NCBI RefSeq assembly: GCF_000734015.1 | Contig: NZ_CP008796.1 | Location: forward strand, 1,650,001-1,682,000 | Length of the DNA: 32,000 bases | DNA from: Thermodesulfobacterium commune DSM 2178 | Lineage (GTDB): Bacteria; Desulfobacterota; Thermodesulfobacteria; Thermodesulfobacteriales; Thermodesulfobacteriaceae | Direction of reading: 5' to 3' | In this document: positions 16,470 through 24,239 of the stretch, in pieces | Numbering within the stretch: the stretch's first letter is position 1 | Layout of the letters: every line of letters starts with the position of its first letter | Notes under the pieces: generated by a model | Databases searched by the model: none | What the model saw: the letters and a program-made list of their open reading frames with translations, nothing else | Told to the model about the DNA's origin: nothing | Program-made: the position numbers and the translations under genes

Positions 16470-18711
16470 ATACCGGATCAGGATAAACGGGGTAGTCCAG
16501 GGGGTTGGTTTTCGCCCTTTTGTGTATAACCTTGCTAAATCCTTAGGGTTGACAGGTTTTGTCAGCAACGATACCAACGGAGTTTTTATCGAGGTTGAAG
16601 GCAACGAGGATACTCTGCAGGATTTTTTAGAGAGGTTAGTTAAAGAAAAACCCCGGCTTTCGCAAATTTACCGTGTGGTTCATGAAAAACTTCCCTCTGT
16701 AGGCTATGAAGACTTTTTGATTAAAAAAAGCCTTAAAGATGAAGAGATAACCTTAGACATCTTGCCTGATGTAGCTACCTGTGAATTTTGTTTAGAAGAA
16801 CTGTTTAATCCTTCAGACCGAAGGTATCGATATCCCTTTATCAACTGCACCCTTTGTGGACCAAGGTTTACCATCATAGAGAGTTTACCTTATGACCGAG
16901 AAAAGACGGTGATGAAAGAATTTACGATGTGTCCTGCATGTTTTGAAGAATATACCGATCCTACTGATAGGAGGTTTCATGCCCAACCTATAGCTTGCCC
17001 GATCTGTGGCCCTCAGCTTGAATTCTATGATCTTAAACGAAACAAGCTGGCAGAAAAGGAAGAGGCTTTATATCAAGCCATAGAAAAAATAAAACAGAAA
17101 AAAATAGTAGCTGTCAAAGGTTTAGGAGGATTTCATCTTGTCTGCGATGCTACAGACAGAGAGGTGGTAAAACTTTTAAGACAAAGAAAGAGAAGGTCTA
17201 AAAAGCCTTTAGCTGTGATGTTTAAGGATTTAGTCCAGTTAGAAGAATATTGTTTGGTTACCTCTCAGGAAAAGGAGCTACTTTTATCTCCTTCTCAGCC
17301 GATAGTCCTTTTAGAAAAAAAAAGTAAGCTTTTACCTGAGGAAATAGCCCCAGGATTAAAAAAAATAGGAGCTTTTTTGCCCTACACCCCTTTGCATCAC
17401 TTAATTCTAAAAGAGATAGACCTTCCTTTGGTGGTTACCTCTGCCAACCTTTCAGATGAACCTATAGTGATAGACAACGAAGAGGCCTTTAACAAACTTT
17501 CCTCCCTTGCAGATTACTTGCTTCTTCATAACCGAAAAATCCTAAGAAGAGCTGATGATTCGGTGGTAAAAGTAATAGCTGGTGGTCCTGTTTTTATAAG
17601 AAGGGCAAGAGGTTATGCACCCTTGCCGGTTTTTCTTCCCTTTAACGTAAAAAAACGGGTACTTGCGGTAGGTCCCAGGGAAAAAAACACCTTTGCCCTT
17701 GCCTTTCAAAACAAAATAGTGCTAAGTCAGCACATCGGAGACATAGAAACCTTAGAAGACCTAAAAGATTTCGAAAAAACCCTTTTAGACTTTACCAAAC
17801 TTTATGAGTTTGAACCTGAGGTAGTAGTAGCTGACCTCCATCCTTTTTATGAGACTACTAAATGGGCAGAACGTTTTGCCAAAGAACAGGGGCTTGAACT
17901 TATAAAGATACAGCATCATTTTGCCCACATCCTTTCTTGTATGGCAGAAAACGGGATCTTTGATGAGGTTTTGGGGGTTGCCTGGGATGGTACAGGATAT
18001 GGAGAAGACCATACCGTTTGGGGAGGAGAGTTTCTCGTAGTAAAAGGGAATAAGTATCAGAGGGTTGGCCATTTTAAGCATTTTAGGTTAATAGGAGGAG
18101 AAAAAGCGGTAAAAGAACCTAAAAGAGTAGCCTTAAGTTTGATGTTTGAACTTTTAGGAGAAAAAACTTTCGACCTCTCCTTACCTTTTTTAAAAGAGTT
18201 TACCAAACAGGAGTTGACACTTCTTTATCAAGCCTGGAAAAAGGGTATAAATTCACCCTTAACCTCTTCTTGTGGAAGGCTTTTTGATGGGGTGGCTGCG
18301 CTAACAGGTTTAAACTTTGTTAACCACTATGAGGGAGAGTCTGCGATGCAGTTAGAAGACCTATTTTTGTATGATTTAGAAGATGCTTACGCAATAAGAA
18401 TAGAGGAAAAAGAAGAAATCCTGATTTTTGACTGGGAAAGTATGATAGAAGAGATTGCCTTTGGAAAAGAGCCTTTACCAGTAAAAGCTACCAAATTTAT
18501 CAACACTTTGGCTAAGGTTTGCGAAGAGATAGCTACGAGAATAGGGATAGAAAAGGTATGTCTTTCTGGTGGGGTTATGATGAACAAGCCTCTGGTAGAA
18601 AGGGTTAGAGAAAGGCTTTCTAAAAAGGGATTTAAGGTCTATCTACAAAGAAAAGTTCCTCCCAACGACGGAGGTCTTTCTTTGGGACAAGCTCTATATC
18701 CCAATCTTTAA
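16459..18711 (+). CDS. hypF: Carbamoyltransferase HypF
   Basis: Acylphosphatase domain (INGVVQGVGFRPFVY), two zinc-finger pairs (CxxC...RYRYPFINCTLCGPRF; CPACFEEY...RRFHAQPIACPICGP), a YrdC-like region, and a Kae1-like C-terminus ending PPNDGGLSLGQA. It overlaps the hypA stop by 11 nt. Confidence 0.95.
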   Translation: MRIRYRIRINGVVQGVGFRPFVYNLAKSLGLTGFVSNDTNGVFIEVEGNEDTLQDFLERLVKEKPRLSQIYRVVHEKLPSVGYEDFLIKKSLKDEEITLDILPDVATCEFCLEELFNPSDRRYRYPFINCTLCGPRFTIIESLPYDREKTVMKEFTMCPACFEEYTDPTDRRFHAQPIACPICGPQLEFYDLKRNKLAEKEEALYQAIEKIKQKKIVAVKGLGGFHLVCDATDREVVKLLRQRKRRSKKPLAVMFKDLVQLEEYCLVTSQEKELLLSPSQPIVLLEKKSKLLPEEIAPGLKKIGAFLPYTPLHHLILKEIDLPLVVTSANLSDEPIVIDNEEAFNKLSSLADYLLLHNRKILRRADDSVVKVIAGGPVFIRRARGYAPLPVFLPFNVKKRVLAVGPREKNTFALAFQNKIVLSQHIGDIETLEDLKDFEKTLLDFTKLYEFEPEVVVADLHPFYETTKWAERFAKEQGLELIKIQHHFAHILSCMAENGIFDEVLGVAWDGTGYGEDHTVWGGEFLVVKGNKYQRVGHFKHFRLIGGEKAVKEPKRVALSLMFELLGEKTFDLSLPFLKEFTKQELTLLYQAWKKGINSPLTSSCGRLFDGVAALTGLNFVNHYEGESAMQLEDLFLYDLEDAYAIRIEEKEEILIFDWESMIEEIAFGKEPLPVKATKFINTLAKVCEEIATRIGIEKVCLSGGVMMNKPLVERVRERLSKKGFKVYLQRKVPPNDGGLSLGQALYPNL

Positions 18712-19162
18712 GTTGAGAAACCACCGCTTCAATCAAAGGGATAAAATTAGCCTTTACTGAAGGAGAAAGTTCATACCTCATCTCAAGGCTTTCAGGTTCT
18801 AACCCTAACACCACAAGCTCCTCAGGAGAAAAACCTCTCATCTCAGCTAAGGTGAGTATGTCTAAAAAACTTACCTCGTGGATGGAGAGTTTTTCAAGAA
18901 TCTGTTTAGGTAGGGTGTCTTTAGTAAATTTGTGAAGGGTGCCAGGAGGACTTCCTTTTGCGATGGCATCTATTACCAAAAGTCTTTTGGCTTTTTCTAT
19001 GTAAGGAAGTAGTTGAAAACTCCCTACTCCTCCGTCAACAAGCTCCACCTTTTCAGAAGGAACTTCAAAAAACTCTTCCAAAACCTTAACTGCTAAAACT
19101 CCTATCCCTTCGTCTGCAAGTAAAACATTCCCTATCCCTAATACCACAACTTTATCCATCAT
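18632..19162 (-). CDS. Hydrogenase maturation endopeptidase (HyaD/HybD/HoxM family)
   Basis: N-terminal VVLGIGNVLLADEGIGV (the GxGNxxxxD[DE]GxG motif), LLVIDA, and the HEVSFLDIL His motif. It is 176 aa. The last 80 nt overlap the hypF 3' end on the opposite strand. Confidence 0.88.
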   Translation of the reverse strand: MMDKVVVLGIGNVLLADEGIGVLAVKVLEEFFEVPSEKVELVDGGVGSFQLLPYIEKAKRLLVIDAIAKGSPPGTLHKFTKDTLPKQILEKLSIHEVSFLDILTLAEMRGFSPEELVVLGLEPESLEMRYELSPSVKANFIPLIEAVVSQLKDWDIELVPKKDLRRWEELFFVDRP

Positions 19163-19312
19163 CGATAAACTCTCTCATTATTTTTTAGACGAAGTCTTTA
19201 AAATTTTAATATACCATTTAAATATTAATTTAGAAAGTTGATATTGACTTTTACAAAAATGGGAAAAATAATAAAATTAAGATTTGAGTTAAACTTTAAA
19301 TGATTTTATGAC

Positions 19313-19852
19313 TTGGGGTTTTTGGTGTTGAATAGAGTTAAATTTCAAAACCATCGGGTTTTGAGTATTTCTGTTTCAGGTTACTCCTTGATAGAACTTA
19401 TTGCAGTTATCACTCTTATAGCTATCTTGGTTAGTGTTGCTATACCTTTTATGTCCAGGTTTATTAGATATACTAAATATCAAAACTACTGTAATTCTTT
19501 AGAGCTTCTTATAAAACAGGCTAAAATCCTTGCGATGGAAAGAAGCACTAACATAGGTATTTGTGTGGATGACGAAAGAACGGTAAGGATTGTTGATATG
19601 GGTACGAATAGGGGAGCAGGGGCTTGCGTAGGAACCACTTTAAGAATTCTTCAGATAGAACCAGGAGATACCTCTTTTGTTAGGTTTGCTGGAAGTAGTG
19701 CATCGTTAGACCCCAGAGGTTTTGCTATTTTTAATGGAAATGCTTGTGTTCATAATTCAGAAAAAAACGTTTATTTTTTAGTTTGTATAAGCAGGTTTGG
19801 AGGGATAAGGGTTGAGACAGGGCAAGGAGAGTGTAGAAATTGTGGAGATTAA
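19313..19852 (+). CDS. Type IV minor pilin / pseudopilin, FimT/GspH-like (start codon uncertain)
   Basis: Prepilin N-terminal motif G|YSLIELIAVITLIAILVSVAIP with Glu at +5, followed by a GspH/FimT-like region (RFIRYTKYQNYCNSLELLIKQAKILAMER). There is no ATG in frame. Candidate starts are TTG 19313, GTG 19325 and TTG 19361. Confidence 0.75.
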   Translation: MGFLVLNRVKFQNHRVLSISVSGYSLIELIAVITLIAILVSVAIPFMSRFIRYTKYQNYCNSLELLIKQAKILAMERSTNIGICVDDERTVRIVDMGTNRGAGACVGTTLRILQIEPGDTSFVRFAGSSASLDPRGFAIFNGNACVHNSEKNVYFLVCISRFGGIRVETGQGECRNCGD

Positions 19853-20249
19853 AAAATTGGGTATTTCCTTAATAGAAGTTTTAGTAGCAATTTTTATAGT
19901 AGGGATTGTGGCATTATCTATAGCGCATCTTATGACAGCCAGTGCTTTAGGTACCAGAGATGATATTTTGGGAATGTGTGCCTGGCAGGCTGCTTTGTCA
20001 GGTATAGAAGAAGTAAGAGGAAATAGAACGTTGATAGGAACTAACCGTAATTTTACCTGTATTCTTTCTAACGGAACTACTAATAACATGATGAACGTTC
20101 AAGTAACCACAAGAGTCATCAGAGGAAATATCTCTAATACTCCTCCCTCTGAAGGAAGCGGGATCAATTCATGTGCTTTGGTAGAAGCAAGAGCAACTCT
20201 ATTAAACAAAAATTATACTGTAAGGGATATGGTATGCAACTTTCAATAA
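19842..20249 (+). CDS. Type IV minor pilin / pseudopilin, PilV/GspI-like
   Basis: Prepilin motif G|ISLIEVLVAIFIVGIVALS. I prefer GTG 19842 (7-aa leader MEIKKLG, AAGGAG at 19824-19829) over the track start TTG 19812. It overlaps the upstream stop by 11 nt. Confidence 0.7.
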   Translation: MEIKKLGISLIEVLVAIFIVGIVALSIAHLMTASALGTRDDILGMCAWQAALSGIEEVRGNRTLIGTNRNFTCILSNGTTNNMMNVQVTTRVIRGNISNTPPSEGSGINSCALVEARATLLNKNYTVRDMVCNFQ

Positions 20250-21259
20250 ATCAGAAAAAAGATAAGGGCTATTCCCTTTTGGAACTTTTGATTGCCACCT
20301 TTATAGGCCTTTTAGTCATAGCTGCTATTTATGGCTTTTATTGGGTTGCTCAAAATACTTTTACTCAGATAAGACATGTTACTTCAGTTAAAGAACAAAC
20401 TAAGGTTGGTTTGGCTCAACTGGAATGGTTTTTTCAGAGATGGGGTTTTGGGGTCCCCTGTTCTAACTACAATAATCCAACATCTTGTATCCAACTTTTT
20501 GTGGACAACAACACTACCTCTAAGCACCCATATCCTCCACCAAGCTCTCTTTATCTTAGAATATCTCAAGACAATCCCTGTGATGAAGTTTGGTTTTATG
20601 GAAGTCTTGGTGGACAAGGTTTTGTAACCAGGGTTGTGGGGGTAAATAAGGTAGCTGTTATGAGCTGTAGATTAAACATCCAAAATACACAAAACAACAG
20701 AGAGAATTGTTATCATGTATGGAGAAGAAGGACCCATTTTGTAAATAAAAATGCTAACTCTAACGGCTCTTTATGCTATGATACCAATATTTTTAACATA
20801 ACTACTACTGAATATCCCATAATTTTTAAACTTTCAGGGTTGTCTTCAAACAATCTTGACTGTTCTCGTGAAAACAATCCTGACAATGCTGAATTAGATA
20901 TTAGGATTGAAGCCTATGAGGGAAGCTGGGAGGATTACAACGGAACCCAGCAGATTTTTGTTAATGCTACCAACCTGGAAGGAGGAGACCTTATCATAAG
21001 AACACCTCATTTAGTTCATTTTTTTTGTAGACAAAACGAGCATGATCAAAATAACCTTTGGCTTTATGTAGAAACTAAAGATGTAGCTTTAAATTGTAAA
21101 ACTAACGAAAATCCTATGCCTCTTGTTAGGGTTAATAGCTTTAAAGTTACCCCTCAAAATAATGGAGTTCTTGTCAGGATAGAAGTAATAGGTACAGAAA
21201 CAAGGTTTGGAATAAATAACTCTAAAATTATAATGGTAGAAAGGTTTTTTGGGAGGTAA
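20234..21259 (+). CDS. Type IV minor pilin / pseudopilin, PilW/GspJ-like, 341 aa
   Basis: Internal ATG 20234 (AAGGGA RBS 6 nt upstream) gives MQLSINQKKDKG|YSLLELLIATFIGLLVIAAIYGFY, a classical prepilin leader plus hydrophobic helix. The track start 20171 would bury this motif. It has 9 Cys and is N-rich. Confidence 0.75.
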   Translation: MQLSINQKKDKGYSLLELLIATFIGLLVIAAIYGFYWVAQNTFTQIRHVTSVKEQTKVGLAQLEWFFQRWGFGVPCSNYNNPTSCIQLFVDNNTTSKHPYPPPSSLYLRISQDNPCDEVWFYGSLGGQGFVTRVVGVNKVAVMSCRLNIQNTQNNRENCYHVWRRRTHFVNKNANSNGSLCYDTNIFNITTTEYPIIFKLSGLSSNNLDCSRENNPDNAELDIRIEAYEGSWEDYNGTQQIFVNATNLEGGDLIIRTPHLVHFFCRQNEHDQNNLWLYVETKDVALNCKTNENPMPLVRVNSFKVTPQNNGVLVRIEVIGTETRFGINNSKIIMVERFFGR

Positions 21260-21261
21260 AA

Positions 21262-23136
21262 ATGAAAAAAAAGGGCTTTGCTTTGGTTACAGCCCTTATT
21301 TTATGTTTTGTTTTGAGCATCATAGGTACAGCTGCCATCACTCTTTCTTATATTTCCTATCAAACAAGTGTTTCAGAGAAAAATTTTTATCTTGCTGAAA
21401 AGGCTGCAAACGTATGTCTTTTAGCTGCTATGGATGAAATAAACAGGACAGGGTTTTGTAGTAACCAGGAATTTACTAATTCGGGATTAGGATATACTTT
21501 ACCTTATGGAACCACCTGTAAGGTAACCTCTACTCAGAGTACTAACATCTGTTTCTTAAGGGCAGAGGGACAAGCAAGAAATTCAAGAGTTTTTAAAACT
21601 ACCATTATTCAGGGTTTTTATGGAGCAGGTTTATATACTGTAAGAGGTGGAGTTAATGCTAATTATAGGGGAGGGCTTCTTACAGGTTGTGATGGAGAAA
21701 ACAATTGTACTGTTCCTGCTTTTATAGCCTCAAGCGGGACTATAAACTTAGGGAGTACAACTCCTAGGTATTGTCCACAATCATCTAACATAGGAATATG
21801 GGGTAATCCTCCTACTTATACTAACGCTGCTTTTCGAGATTTAGTCCCTCTCTTTTTCAACGTAAACTGTTTTGCTTCTAATTTTTATGATACAACACTC
21901 AGATGTAATTATGGTTTAACAGATGCCCTAAGAGATACTTATGGATGGGTTTATAGAAGGAACGCTCAAAGTTACTTTACCCCCTATCCAAACACTCAGA
22001 CTTCAAACAATGCTACAGATTTTTATTTTTCCTCCTATGGAGAACCTGTGATAAATTCTGCGCTTAAGGCTGATTTGCAAAACTATTCTTCTCTCTCAGG
22101 AAATTGTCTTTTTACTTCTAATGCTAATTCATACGATTTTAGTACTTTCTGTAGTAATTTTTATAATCCCAATTGTGGTAATTACACTATAGTATTTACC
22201 AGGACAACTTCTATAAGTCTTTCAGGATCTCTTCCTCTAACTTGTGGGAGTAATGATATATCTTCACTTTGGCTGACTATTCTCCTACCAAGAGGAGGTA
22301 GTTTAAATAACGTAAACGGCGGACTTCCCGTTTCTCAAACTTCCTTAGGAGAATGGAAATATCGTTTAAACATTTATTCTGGAGGTGCTTTAAATATTTC
22401 TGGTAGTCTAAATTACGTAAGAATCCTTTCTACTGCCACTATTAATGTTTCTTCAGGAGTAAATATAAGAAACTCAACTATCATACAAACTCTTAATTCT
22501 GAAACAGAAAATAACAACGCCAACTCCCCTCAGAATTTTATTGGTAATGGGCAGATCAACCTATACGACTCAAAAATAATTACCCGGCACATAAGATTTA
22601 CTAATGGTAATCTTTATGTCTATAGGACCCTTTTATACCTCTATGCTAATGCTTGTCCTAACTGTGTAAGAAACACGAGCGATCCTAATCAAAATCCATG
22701 TTATACAGGAAGTAATTATTACAGATGTGGCTGGTATGGAGGTAATTATAACGCCTACGTAGGTATGTATCAAAACGGAACTTACGTGTTATCAGATGGA
22801 ACTCCCTTGACCTCTATTATTATCAACAATAACTCTATCGTAAGGTCCGAAAGCTTTTACATAGCTGGAATTTATTTTGGTCAGGACGTTAATTATTTAG
22901 TGGGTAGCACAAACGTTATAAAAGGATTTCTTGTGAGAAATTTTCCTTCCAACCTTTCACTTCAAATAGGTTTTACAGATAGTACTAATTTTCAGTTTAA
23001 GTTAGACGCGATCAACTCTTTAAGATATGATCCTGTGTCTCGAAGAGGTTTTTGGTTCGTAAGAAAGGTTAACTGCATTAGAGAAAAACCTACTCCGGCT
23101 TATTTTTCTGTCATAACCAGGATGACTACCTGGTAG
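21262..23136 (+). CDS. PilX/GspK-like N-terminal domain fused to a large (about 560 aa) Cys/Asn/Tyr-rich extracellular domain; putative pilus-tip protein
   Basis: MKKKG|FALVTALILCFVLSIIGTAAITLSYISYQTSVSEKNFYLAEKAANVCLLAA matches the PilX_N pattern (no Glu5, with a conserved A..AA..a helix). GGGAGG RBS. The rest has 18 Cys, many N-x-S/T sites and beta-rich repeats (for example NISGSLNYVRILSTATINVSSGVNIRNSTII). Confidence 0.65.
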   Translation: MKKKGFALVTALILCFVLSIIGTAAITLSYISYQTSVSEKNFYLAEKAANVCLLAAMDEINRTGFCSNQEFTNSGLGYTLPYGTTCKVTSTQSTNICFLRAEGQARNSRVFKTTIIQGFYGAGLYTVRGGVNANYRGGLLTGCDGENNCTVPAFIASSGTINLGSTTPRYCPQSSNIGIWGNPPTYTNAAFRDLVPLFFNVNCFASNFYDTTLRCNYGLTDALRDTYGWVYRRNAQSYFTPYPNTQTSNNATDFYFSSYGEPVINSALKADLQNYSSLSGNCLFTSNANSYDFSTFCSNFYNPNCGNYTIVFTRTTSISLSGSLPLTCGSNDISSLWLTILLPRGGSLNNVNGGLPVSQTSLGEWKYRLNIYSGGALNISGSLNYVRILSTATINVSSGVNIRNSTIIQTLNSETENNNANSPQNFIGNGQINLYDSKIITRHIRFTNGNLYVYRTLLYLYANACPNCVRNTSDPNQNPCYTGSNYYRCGWYGGNYNAYVGMYQNGTYVLSDGTPLTSIIINNNSIVRSESFYIAGIYFGQDVNYLVGSTNVIKGFLVRNFPSNLSLQIGFTDSTNFQFKLDAINSLRYDPVSRRGFWFVRKVNCIREKPTPAYFSVITRMTTW

Positions 23137-23265
23137 GTGGTATAGGTTGTTATAAGTGATTTCTAAATTTGTAGTATAAAGACCTGCCTTAAGAAGGGAT
23201 ATACAAATTAAGTACTTCTTGATACTGTGTTGTCTCACAAAATGAAAAAATAGCTAAAACACTTT

Positions 23266-23284
23266 CCTATAGGGTTTCTATAGG
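23266..23284. terminator. Weak perfect 7-bp hairpin between the convergent pilX-like and membrane-protein genes
   Basis: CCTATAG (23266-23272), loop GGTTT, CTATAGG (23278-23284). It overlaps the stop codon of the minus-strand gene. The T-runs are not immediately adjacent, so terminator function is doubtful. Confidence 0.25.
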
Positions 23285-23796
23285 GACTGATCTTTTTCTT
23301 TTGAGATTATTTTATCTATCCTTTTTTTTCTATAAAACCATTTGCTAAGAAAGAAATACATGGAAAGAAAAAAGACAGAAAAGATAAGCAACAGAGTAAC
23401 CACAGTTACTGCATCATCCGGGGTTATTAAAACGTGCTTCCATTGATGGCTTCTTTTGCGAGGTAAAGGACGTATGGCAAAACCAAATAACTTTATATTT
23501 ATCAAAGTAAAAGCACTGTAAGTTACAAAAAAGCCAACAGCACCCCACATACCTTCGGGAGAGTAAACTTTAGATAGTATATCTGGATGTCCTATCTCTC
23601 TTATCTTTTGTTTTACCCTGAACCTCCAAACCAGAAAACTTACATAAAAGGATAAAATTGTAGATATAAAATTTGCAATCTTTACCTCAAAACTTACATT
23701 TACATATTCAGGGCTATAAAATATGATAAGCCAATAAATACCATAAACTATACAAAGGAGAAACACTACTAAAAACAAAAGCTTTTTTCTACGCAT
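23278..23796 (-). CDS. Hypothetical integral membrane protein (about 4 TM, 172 aa)
   Basis: The ORF has four hydrophobic segments (LLFLVVFLLCIVYGIYWLIIF, FISTILSFYVSFLVW, GAVGFFVTYSAFTLINI, VVTLLLIFSVFFLSMYFFL) and a basic C-terminus. I recognise no family motif. Confidence 0.6.
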   Translation of the reverse strand: MRRKKLLFLVVFLLCIVYGIYWLIIFYSPEYVNVSFEVKIANFISTILSFYVSFLVWRFRVKQKIREIGHPDILSKVYSPEGMWGAVGFFVTYSAFTLINIKLFGFAIRPLPRKRSHQWKHVLITPDDAVTVVTLLLIFSVFFLSMYFFLSKWFYRKKRIDKIISKEKDQSL

Positions 23797-24082
23797 ATTT
23801 ATATTTTAACTTAAAATTGCAAGTAGAAAATCCTATGTTTTTGGCTCCATTTGTCAAATGTTTTTCGATATAGAATTCTTCTGGCAGATATAGGCAATAG
23901 AGTTGACAGGAAGTTTTGCCTAGAAATTTTGCCTAAGAAAAAATCTGAAGGATCTTTTCAAATGAATAGTTTGTTGTTTCATAAAGTACCACTTTTTGAT
24001 TATATTTGTATTTATTTAAATTTTATGTGGTGTGGTAAGGTAGTTAAGATGATTACAAGGATAAACTCAAATTTAAAAAATC

Positions 24083-24165
24083 TGCGGGAGGAGGGACTTG
24101 AACCCTCACGGGGAAATCCCCACCGGATCCTAAGTCCGGAGCGTCTACCGTTCCGCCACTCCCGC
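24083..24165 (-). tRNA. tRNA-Leu (anticodon TAG), class II with a long variable arm; CCA not encoded
   Basis: The reverse complement reads GCGGGAG-TG-GCGG-AACGGTAGA-CGCT-CCGGA-CTTAGGA-TCCGG-TGGGGATTTCCCCGT-GAGGG-TTCAAGT-CCCTC-CTCCCGC-A. The acceptor, anticodon, variable and T arms pair perfectly. The D stem pairs 3 of 4 (GCGG/CGCT). Confidence 0.93.
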
Positions 24166-24189
24166 AAAAATTTCAAGCATTTTAACCAT

Positions 24190-24217
24190 ATTTTAATGGA
24201 TAAAACCTTCTTTTCAA
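24190..24217 (-). promoter_or_regulatory. Putative promoter for tRNA-Leu (TTGAAA-16 nt-TAAAAT on the minus strand)
   Basis: On the minus strand, TTGAAA is the complement of 24212-24217 and TAAAAT is the complement of 24190-24195. The -10 lies 24 nt upstream of the mature tRNA 5' end. Pattern match only. Confidence 0.35.
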
Positions 24218-24239
24218 GAGACCGTACCTTTTCTTTCCT

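Noticed and set aside
21262-23136. Many N-x-S/T sequons in the PilX-like and PilW-like proteins, considered as evidence for N-glycosylation
   Set aside because: The proteins are simply very Asn/Ser/Thr-rich, so sequons are expected by chance. No oligosaccharyltransferase or glycosylation genes are nearby, and the extended D/E-x-N-x-S/T bacterial sequon is not enriched by eye.
23881-23898. Sigma54-like promoter CTGGCAGATATAGGCAAT, sought because an NtrC-type activator is encoded nearby
   Set aside because: The GG and GC dinucleotides are separated by 9 nt rather than the required 10. The -12 element is GGCA rather than TTGC. No gene lies downstream on that strand for about 340 nt. A second candidate on the minus strand upstream of 23796 (GGATTTTCTACTTGC) has an 11-nt spacing. 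I found no convincing sigma54 promoter in any intergenic region of the window.
23937-23959. AT-rich hairpin (GAAAAAATC / GATCTTTTC) in the long gap downstream of tRNA-Leu, considered as a tRNA terminator or sRNA element
   Set aside because: The stem is almost entirely A-U, with a mismatch on one strand and a G-U on the other. It lies about 120 nt from the tRNA 3' end and has no separate U-tract. It is too weak to call without transcript data.
19163-24165. Idea that the pilin cluster plus membrane protein is a genomic island integrated at the 3' end of tRNA-Leu
   Set aside because: The tRNA 3' end does face this block. However, I found no integrase and no direct repeat of the tRNA 3' segment (for example GGGACTTGAACC) at the far boundary near 19163-19312. 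My spot GC counts on single 60-nt lines were too noisy to support a compositional shift: 25-35% in the cluster, against 28-43% elsewhere. A proper windowed computation is needed.
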